From: an uncultured Planctomycetota bacterium
Lineage (GTDB): Bacteria; Planctomycetota; Planctomycetia; Gemmatales; Gemmataceae
Assembly: GCA_963835245.1 (NCBI GenBank)
Contig: CAWIEZ010000001.1
Coordinates: 156,543 to 220,542 of the forward strand
Length of the DNA stretch: 64,000 nucleotides
Reading direction: 5' to 3'
Shown here: in pieces, positions 21,064 to 27,867 of the stretch
Numbering within the stretch: the first letter of the stretch is position 1
Layout: each line of letters begins with the position of its first letter
Program-made: the position numbers and the translations under genes
Notes under the pieces: generated by a model
The model's database searches: none
What the model was told of the DNA's origin: nothing
Seen by the model: only the letters and a program-made list of their open reading frames with translations

Positions 21064-21413
21064 CCTACCCCGTTTACTTCTTGCGCCTCGGCGATGAACT
21101 ACGGGTCGTCTCCTCCCAAAAGGACATCGGCCACACCGACTTCTGGGAACAGACCGTCTCGCACATCGTCGCCAAGCACTACGGTATCCCGCAGCCGAAG
21201 CTGGCGAACCTGCCCTACTGCCAGCGAAGAGGCCGCGTCGTGGGGAATACGGTGTACTACGGCGAACGGTCTGCCCCTGAACTGCTGTGCCTGCTCCGCG
21301 AGGCGGTGGGCAACGATGAACTGGTGTTCTGCCATGACGAACACGAGAAGCGGCTTCGGGAGGACGTGCGGCAGTTCAGGCGGCTGGTGCGCCGAGCAAG
21401 GCAGTCAAGCTAA
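21060..21413 (+). CDS. hypothetical protein
   Basis: 117 aa, translationally coupled to the upstream ORF. No domain recognised. Confidence 0.45.
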   Translation: MTYPVYFLRLGDELRVVSSQKDIGHTDFWEQTVSHIVAKHYGIPQPKLANLPYCQRRGRVVGNTVYYGERSAPELLCLLREAVGNDELVFCHDEHEKRLREDVRQFRRLVRRARQSS

Positions 21414-21634
21414 GGGCTTGCGCTTTTTCTTGGGGCGGGGTACTATATTCAAGTAGAGGCTTGCCGGTTATGCGAACGAGGCTGTAAAAGTGGGACACCC
21501 CCAAGCTCAAGCCGCCCCCGTTGCTATCTATCCCTGCTTAGGGGATTATCGGACATGGGACGGCACGCAATGGTCAGCAAGGGGCGTGTCCTGCCCTCCA
21601 TTGTATCGCATCCGAGTGAGCGGAAAAGCATAAA

Positions 21635-21665
21635 CGCCACGGCTCATCACCGTGGCGTTTCTGAC
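21635..21665 (+). terminator. terminator-like hairpin CGCCACGG-ctcatcac-CCGTGGCG + TTTCT
   Basis: Read from the sequence. Lies downstream of the 21060..21413 gene, immediately before array B. Confidence 0.4.
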
Positions 21666-21757
21666 GTTCTCTTGCAAATTGACGAGTTCTCTTGCAGGTT
21701 CAGGAATTCTGTTGCAACCTGACGGGTTGCCTTGCAAAATGGTCTTCTATTGCAAAG
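21663..21757. repeat. array B: 5 direct repeats (TTCTCTTGCAA / TTCTCTTGCAG / TTCTGTTGCAA / TTGCCTTGCAA / TTCTATTGCAA) at a 20-bp period
   Basis: Cores at 21668, 21688, 21708, 21728, 21745. Same orientation as array A. Confidence 0.9.
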
Positions 21758-21810
21758 CCCCTTTCAGGGAGAAACGGTGAGCGATTCGGATAATTCCTTG
21801 ATAATATCCC

Positions 21811-22004
21811 GATAAGAGCGGCGTTGCAAGGAAACGCCATTCTGCAATAGAACTCTCCCACTTGCAAGAAAACTCCCTCGCCAACCTTATCTACCTGAAC
21901 AGGCGCGCACATCTTAAATAATTCTTCCATTTCTTGCAACCAGTTCTATTGACACCCCAAGAACACTTCTTACAATCAAGAAACAGGAAGAAATGTTCTT
22001 GGGG
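21811..22004. repeat. array B2: further TTGCAAG-type copies in both orientations, the 12-mer CGATAAGAGCGG, and a CCCCAAGAACA…TGTTCTTGGGG hairpin
   Basis: gcgttgcaaggaaacgc (itself a palindrome), cacttgcaagaaaactcc, atttcttgcaacc. The exact 12-mer cgataagagcgg is shared with 26132-26143. Hairpin at 21955-22004. Confidence 0.7.
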
Positions 22005-22222
22005 TCGCTAACCAGTGGACAAGCAGGCCGAGTTCGAGACCATGATCCAGCGGCATCTAACCCGCGCTCACAAGCTCCGCGCGATCCAGCAAATGATCGC
22101 CGAAGACCCCGGTATTGTTCCTGACATACTGGAGATATTGACGACCTCCGCGTGCGCACCCGTCGCCTCCGCGCGCCGAGGCCCGACGCCGCGTTGATGC
22201 CAAGACACAGGCCGAGAAGGTC

Positions 22223-22504
22223 GTGGCCTTCTTCAAGGCAAACGGCAATACGATGGCCTCGGTTCGCCAAATCGCTGACGCAACGGGCCTGACGAGGAAT
22301 ACGGTGAACGCCTTGTTCTACAACAGCAGCCAGAAAGGTCTGTTCAAGTCACTCACGATAGGGAAGAAGCGGAAGTTCTGGCGGCTGAAAGAGGACGAGC
22401 AGGACATGGATAGCGAGATGTCGCTTGAGGAGCTTGCGGAGATGGGCTTCGACGAAAGCGATCTCGATGGCGGTTCGGAGGACACGGACGAGCCAGAGGA
22501 GTAG
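22223..22504 (+). CDS. small winged-helix/HTH-like protein with acidic C-terminal tail (may extend to ~22015 if a frameshift is assumed)
   Basis: SVRQIADATGLTRNTVNALF… HTH-like segment, KKRKFWRL, then a D/E-rich tail. First gene downstream of the repeat arrays. Confidence 0.45.
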   Translation: MAFFKANGNTMASVRQIADATGLTRNTVNALFYNSSQKGLFKSLTIGKKRKFWRLKEDEQDMDSEMSLEELAEMGFDESDLDGGSEDTDEPEE

Positions 22505-22747
22505 CCAGTTGAGCTACGCCATTTTGCGGTCTAAAGAAAGGAGGGCAGCAATGACAAACGAGAGTGGCCGACCGGGTGGCCCACGAACGAAGCAAGGGCG
22601 GTAGGGTAATCCACCAAGATACCCCCTACCGCCCTTGACCCCGGCACGTCAGGCTTGCAGACGGCCTTGACCACACTTGTCGAGGCCCCGGAGATGGTCT
22701 GCACTCCGGGGCCGCTCATATTGATTTTAACGATGCAAGAAACATCG

Positions 22748-22942
22748 TCAAGTCTTTTTTGAGATTTCTTCCAAAGCTTTTTTCGCCAAGGCGATTAGCT
22801 CCGACCGCGCCCAAGTGGACGTATCGAGAGTCCTCGTCTCGGCAACCTGATCCAGCATGGCCCGCTCCTCCTCCGTGAGACGGATGCGCAGGACATTCTC
22901 GCGGGCCTGAGTTTCCAGCTTCTTTTTCCGTGATCCAGCCAT
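22748..22942 (-). CDS. ribbon-helix-helix protein, divergent from transposase copy 2
   Basis: MAGSRKKKLETQARENVLRIRLTEEERAMLDQVAETRT… Homologous to the 17605..17814 protein. ATG at 22942 confirmed by reverse complement. Confidence 0.5.
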   Translation of the reverse strand: MAGSRKKKLETQARENVLRIRLTEEERAMLDQVAETRTLDTSTWARSELIALAKKALEEISKKT

Positions 22943-23029
22943 GAAACACATTGTAGCCACACGCCTACCCCGCCACAAGACCGCGACGATTGTTCTGCCT
23001 ACCAACCTTGAGTGCGCGGTCCAACGTGG

Positions 23030-23040
23030 CTACACTGTAG
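23030..23040. promoter_or_regulatory. candidate RHH operator palindrome CTACACTGTAG
   Basis: Same palindromic motif as 17516-17526. Sits between the divergent RHH and SWIM-DDE genes. Confidence 0.35.
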
Positions 23041-23079
23041 CTATAGTGAACGCGGGTATAGTTATGGCTGGGCCTTCCG

Positions 23080-23767
23080 ATGGACCTCCGAGAGTTAAAG
23101 GGCTTGGAACTGGCGGCGCGGGTGAAAATCACCTACGTCGATGGCATCTGGTACGTTCCCTCGCAATCCGGCAAAGGCAGGTACGAGGTTCGGCTGAGTC
23201 CCAACCCAGAATCCTGCACCTGCGACGACTTCCAGCTTCGCCAGAAGCCATGCAAGCACATTTACGCCGCCCGCAACGTCCGCGAGCGGGAGCATGGCGG
23301 CGAGGCCGTGGTCATCGACACGGACACATTGCCGAAAAAGAAGTCCTCCAAGCAGGACTGGCCGTTGTACAACAAGGCGCAGATGACGGAGTTCAAGCGG
23401 TTCCTCGTCCTCCTCCACGATCTCGTCCAAGGCGTTGAGGAGCCGCCACAGCCGCGCACTGGGCGGCGGCGGACGCTCATGGCCGACATGGTGTACGCTT
23501 CGGCCCTCAAAGTCTACATGACCTTTGCCAGTCGCCGCTTTGACTTCGCCTTGGATTGGGCCAAAGAGAAGGGCTACATCTCGCAAAGGAAGATGCACCC
23601 TGTTAGCGTCTGCGCCTTCCTTGAAAGCGACCTGATGACCCCGGTGCTCCAGAAGCTCATCGTCCAGAGCAGCCTGCCGCTTGTATCCATCGAGAGCATT
23701 TTCGCGCCGGACTCTAGCGGGTTCAGCACGTCGCGGTACGTCCGCTGGTACGACGAGAAGTATGGTG
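23080..23767 (+). pseudogene. SWIM-DDE transposase copy 2, truncated by IS3-family insertion
   Basis: Colinear with copy 1 (about 60 percent identity by eye) through …YVRWYDEKYG, then diverges exactly at the IS3 left terminal inverted repeat (23768). The DDE C-terminal ~180 aa is absent. Confidence 0.7.
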
Positions 23768-23831
23768 TGGACTTCCCCACGATTAGTGGACAGCCAGTTA
23801 AGGGTGTATACTCACCCTGGGAGGTCCAGCA

Positions 23832-24128
23832 ATGGCGAAAACACGACGCACCTACACCCCGGAGTTCAAGGCGGAGGCTGTCAAGCTCGTCACCGAGCAG
23901 GGCTACTCCGTTGCCGAGGCCGCACGCTCCCTCGGCATCTGCGAGAACCTCATCCGCAACTGGAAGCAAACCCTCGAAGCCCACGGGGAACACGCCTTCC
24001 CCGGTCGTGGCAAGCTCTCCCCCTTCGAGGAGGAGAACCATCGCCTCCGCGCTGAGAACAAACGTCTCTTGGCGGAGCGCGACATCCTAAAAAAAGCGGC
24101 GGCGTTCTTCGCCAGGGAGGCGACATGA
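23832..24128 (+). CDS. IS3-family transposase OrfA (HTH)
   Basis: MAKTRRTYTPEFKAEAVKLV…, leucine-zipper-like C-terminus, typical IS3 OrfA. Confidence 0.85.
   Translation: MAKTRRTYTPEFKAEAVKLVTEQGYSVAEAARSLGICENLIRNWKQTLEAHGEHAFPGRGKLSPFEEENHRLRAENKRLLAERDILKKAAAFFAREAT
24089..24096 (+). promoter_or_regulatory. A AAA AAG slippery heptamer for programmed -1 frameshift (orfA to orfB)
   Basis: ctaAAAAAAGcgg, located just before the orfA/orfB overlap. Standard IS3-family mechanism. Confidence 0.6.
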
Positions 24129-25102
24129 CCTACCGCTTCATCGACCAACACAAGGAGCAATGGCCCGTGCACTGGCTTTGTGACACTCTGGAGGTTTCCC
24201 CCGCCAGCTACTATGCCTGGCGGCGATGCCTCCGCAGCGCAGGGGAGCAACGACGCCACATCCTGCTCGTGGAGATCCGCGCCATCCATGCCCAATTCAA
24301 GGCCCGTTACGGCAGCCCGCGCATCCACGCCGAACTGGTGGCCCGCGGCCACGACTGCTGCGTCAACACCGTCGCCAAACTGATGCGGGAGGCCGGTATC
24401 GCTGCGAAAACCGCGCGGAAGTTCCGCTGTACCACCACGGACTCCGACCACGACTTGCCTGTAGCGGAGAACCTCCTGGACCGCCAGTTTGATCCCGCCG
24501 CTGCCAACGAGTCCTGGGTTGCGGACATTACCTACATCCCGACTCGTGAAGGCTGGCTGTACCTGGCCGCCGTCGAGGATCTGTACGCTCGGCGGGTCGT
24601 TGGCTGGACGATGGCCGAACACAGGGAGAGCCGGTTGGTCGTGGACGCCTTGGCGATGGCCGTGCAGCGACGATTGCCGGGCGAGGGTCTGCTGGCGCAC
24701 TCGGATCGAGGCAGCCAGTACGCCAGCGAACATTACCAACTCCTCTTGGCCAAGCATGGGATCACATGCAGCATGAGTCGTCGGGCGGACTGCTGGGACA
24801 ACGCGCCGATGGAGAGCTTTTTCGCGTCGCTGAAGAAGGAACTGGTCCACGACGCCGACTTCGCCACGCGGTTGGAGGCGCGGGCGGCAATATTCGAGTA
24901 CATCGAGGTGTTCTACAATAACCAACGCCGTCACTCCTCGTTGGGATATGTGTCCCGGCGGAGTACGAGCAATCATCTACCCCTTAACTCCGTGTCCACT
25001 TTTCGTGGGGAATTCCATCAAGTCGAACCCAATTGTTCTTGGCGAGGTCCACGTTGTACCACTTCTTCACTTCGGCTTTTGTCACCGGAGATTCTTGAGT
25101 AA
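24125..25102 (+). CDS. IS3-family transposase OrfB (integrase core, DDE)
   Basis: …WVADITYIPT…GWLYLA…SDRGSQY…NAPMESFF… The ORF has no stop inside the right terminal repeat and reads about 28 codons into flanking DNA. Confidence 0.8.
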   Translation: MTYRFIDQHKEQWPVHWLCDTLEVSPASYYAWRRCLRSAGEQRRHILLVEIRAIHAQFKARYGSPRIHAELVARGHDCCVNTVAKLMREAGIAAKTARKFRCTTTDSDHDLPVAENLLDRQFDPAAANESWVADITYIPTREGWLYLAAVEDLYARRVVGWTMAEHRESRLVVDALAMAVQRRLPGEGLLAHSDRGSQYASEHYQLLLAKHGITCSMSRRADCWDNAPMESFFASLKKELVHDADFATRLEARAAIFEYIEVFYNNQRRHSSLGYVSRRSTSNHLPLNSVSTFRGEFHQVEPNCSWRGPRCTTSSLRLLSPEILE

Positions 25103-25373
25103 GGACCGGCTCGACGGCCTTCACGGTGTCGGTCTTCGGCTGCTGGACAAGAACAGCAGTGGGTACAGGAAGTGGCGGGGCCGTTGTAATCGTTTGAGGT
25201 GTTGAGAATAAGTCCTTCACCTTGTTTGCTGGTATCCACTTCGTCAAGCCCTCGCGCCACATCATGTCGGTCGGCAGAAGTTGACCTGATTTCGCAAGCA
25301 TCCGAAGTTCGGTTGATGAAACCGGACCATGCTTGCTCTTGCCGTCTCTCGTGTAAAACCACTCTTGCGCCAT
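24984..25373 (-). CDS. DUF4339/GYF-like domain protein, 3' end replaced by the IS3 terminus
   Basis: MAQEWFYTRDGKSKHGPVSSTELRMLAKSGQLLPTDMMWREGLTKWIP. GGGAGA RBS. The last 11 codons (…GIPHEKWTRS*) are encoded by the IS3 right terminal repeat. Confidence 0.6.
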   Translation of the reverse strand: MAQEWFYTRDGKSKHGPVSSTELRMLAKSGQLLPTDMMWREGLTKWIPANKVKDLFSTPQTITTAPPLPVPTAVLVQQPKTDTVKAVEPVLTQESPVTKAEVKKWYNVDLAKNNWVRLDGIPHEKWTRS

Positions 25374-25783
25374 TGCAGTTCTCCCGGTTGGCGGGGCGCA
25401 TGAAAAAGGAGCGCCGAACACTTGGCCGCTCCAGTGGCCCCCGCCAAGGGGCGCAGACGAACAGCACAAGACCCGACGCCCCTCTTGCGAGGGGCGTGCA
25501 AGCCAAGGGCTGCTTCGTCTGGATACAAGAGCGGTTGCCCGCTCAGGTTGGCGGTTTCACTGGAAGCAGTTCTTGACGCACGCGCGTCAATCAGGTTGTC
25601 CCCGTGGCCCTCGCAACGGTCAAAGCTCGTCGTCCTCCTTCAATGCGCAAAACGGTAATCGGCTGGCACTCGCCAGCCGTCACGATGATAACCGAGCAGA
25701 GAGCACTGTTCAAGAAGCCAGCGAAAAATCGGCTACCGACACTCCTTTATGGAGTACCGAGGCATAAACTACCGGGAGATCTG

Positions 25784-26062
25784 ATGATGAAAAGCAGGTG
25801 CATCATGGAAAAGACGCTGAAAGTGCCGTTCGAGGAGATCAATCTAGTCCGCATTCGCTGCAAACAGTGCGGGGACGCTGCCATCGAGATGCCGCTCTCG
25901 GCACTGGTGAACGGGCCGTTGATGTGTCCGGGGTGCGCGAAGGATTTGCGGAAGTCGGCTGCGAACGTGGACAAAGCGGTGACAGACATAGCGAACGGTA
26001 TTGTAGCTCTGAAGGACAATCCCATGATCGAACTTCAGTTCGTGCTGCCATTCGACCAGTGA
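25784..26062 (+). CDS. small zinc-ribbon protein (CxxC…CxxC)
   Basis: IRCKQCG…LMCPGCAKDL. GGGAGA RBS before the ATGATGAAA. Confidence 0.45.
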   Translation: MMKSRCIMEKTLKVPFEEINLVRIRCKQCGDAAIEMPLSALVNGPLMCPGCAKDLRKSAANVDKAVTDIANGIVALKDNPMIELQFVLPFDQ

Positions 26063-26067
26063 GGTAG

Positions 26068-26144
26068 CTTTGCAAGAAAACTCAGCCGTATGCAAGAGAA
26101 CTCATCGTTTTTCGGACGTTTTCTTGCAACGCCGATAAGAGCGG
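26068..26144. repeat. array C: TTGCAAG-type copies (2 on bottom strand, 20 bp apart; 1 on top) plus the CGATAAGAGCGG 12-mer
   Basis: ctttgcaagaaaactc (26068), gtatgcaagagaactc (26088), cgttttcttgcaacg-ccgataagagcgg (26117-26144). Confidence 0.8.
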
Positions 26145-26197
26145 AAGAAACCACTTCAATTTGCTCCTCACCACAGGCCATTCCCACGCTTTCTTCT

Positions 26198-26314
26198 CGT
26201 TCCCAAGCTCTGCTTGGGAACGCTGGGCGAGAAGCTCCGCTTCCCGTCCCACGCAGCGGCCAGCCGCGAAGCAGAGCTTCGCAACCGTGCGTTCCCAAGC
26301 TCAGCTTGGGAACG
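26198..26314. repeat. REP-like element family F1 (three hairpins, ~120 bp): CGTTCCCAAGCTCTGCTTGGGAACG … CGTTCCCAAGCTCAGCTTGGGAACG
   Basis: Outer hairpins at 26198-26222 and 26290-26314, with a central weaker inverted repeat. The same architecture (ACGC/GCGT in place of AAGC/GCTT) is at 46584-46693. Confidence 0.85.
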
Positions 26315-26498
26315 AGAGAGCAAGAGCCACCCCCAGAATCGGCGCAGGCACCCTGCCGCTCGCGGAGTTGATTGCACCACTGGCGAACGAGTGCGGCTCG
26401 GCATAGGATGGCAGGCGCGGTTCGGAGTAAAGTCAGTTATCCGGCCAGTACCCCCTTCGATATTCCGTCCCGCCCTGTTCCACAAGGGAGACGCCAAC

Positions 26499-27867
26499 GT
26501 GCCAGTCCTCTTCTCGTGTCCTTCGTGTTTTCCACTCCTCTGCGGGAGCGTGGCGCTCGCGGCGTGCCTCGTCGTCCCGTCCGCCAGTTCCGCCGCCCCG
26601 CCGCCCAATGTTGTCTTCATTCTCGCGGACGATCTCGGCTACGGGGATCTGGGCTGCTATGGGCAAAAGCTCATTCAAACGCCGAACCTGGATCGGTTGG
26701 CGGCAGGGGGAATGCGCTTCACGCAGGCTTACGCCGGCGCTACGGTGTGCGCGCCGTCGCGCTGTTCCCTGATGACGGGCCGGCACAACGGACACGCCTA
26801 CATCCGCGGCAATCGAGAGATCAAGCCGGAGGGTCAAGTGCCCATGCCGGCGAACACGTTCACCGTGGCCCACTTGATGAAACGAGCCGGCTACAGTACA
26901 GGCATCATCGGCAAATGGGGTCTCGGCCGCCCCGGCTCCGACAGCACGCCGGACAAAATGGGATTCGATTATTTCTTTGGCTACAACTGTCAACGACTAG
27001 CCCACGAGTATTACCCGGAGTACCTCTGGCGCAACCACGAAAAAGTCATGCTCAACGGCCGGAAATACTCGCACGACCTGATGGCCGATGAGGCACTGGA
27101 GTTTATACGGCGGCACCAGACGAAGCCATTCTTCCTTTATCTCGCCTTCACCATCCCGCACGCCAAGTTGCAAGTGCCGGACCTTGGACCATACGCCAAA
27201 GAGTCCTGGCCGGACAACCTAAAGAAATTGGCCGCCATGATTACGCGGATGGACCGCGACGTAGGCCGGCTGATGGCGCTGTTGAAAGAACTCCAGTTGG
27301 ACGGACGGACGCTCGTGTTTTTCGCCAGCGATAACGGCGCGGCTTATCAGGACAAGTTGTTCAATCATTCCGGGCCGCTGCGTGGGTTCAAGCGCGATAT
27401 GTACGAAGGCGGCATCCGCGCCGGTCCTCGCGTACTGGCCCGGCCACATCCAACGAGGGGCGGTGAACGAACAAGTTTGGGCGTTCTGGGATGTTCTGCC
27501 AACCTTGGCCGCACTGACGGGGCAACGACTGGACGCGGAGGGAGACGGCATTTCCATTCTGCCGGCGCTCTTGGAAAACAAAACGATCCCCCATCCGCCA
27601 CTGTACTGGGAGTTCCACGAGCGGGGATTCGACCAGGCCGCTCGCATCGGCGATTGGAAGGCCGTCCGCCGAGACGGGCCGAAAAGTCCCATCGAACTGT
27701 ACGATCTGAAAACGGATAGCGGCGAAAAACACGATGTTGCCGTCCAACACCCCGATGTGGTGAAACGATTCGCGGACTACTTCAAGACCGTGCGCACGGA
27801 TTCCGAACTGTGGCCCGTCCGCGAAGCCGTCAAAAAGCAATCTCCAGCCAAGGGGAGCAAGCCATGA
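26499..27867 (+). CDS. arylsulfatase-family sulfatase (secreted); apparent indel near 27417-27421
   Basis: GTG start with AAGGGAG RBS. Signal peptide. Sulfatase signature CAPSRCSLMTGR, DDLGYGDLGCYG. The frame switches from 26214.. to 27382.. within EGGIRA|PVLAYWPGH. Confidence 0.8.

Larger units (their letters stand above)
23768..25017 (+). mobile_element. IS3-family insertion sequence (~1.25 kb) with ~40-bp imperfect terminal inverted repeats
   Basis: Left TGGACTTCCCCACGATTAGTGGACAGCCAGTTAAGGG versus reverse complement of the right end TGGAATTCCCCACGAAAAGTGGACACGGAGTTAAGGG (31/37 match). Contains orfA/orfB. Confidence 0.8.
14371..26144. mobile_element. putative accessory/mobile island (composite structure; boundaries approximate)
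   Basis: Contains two inverted SWIM-DDE+RHH modules, an IS3 element, an STK-Sel1 kinase, many small ORFs and three periodic repeat arrays. GC appears lower by eye. Flanked by housekeeping-type genes. No integrase seen. Confidence 0.4.
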
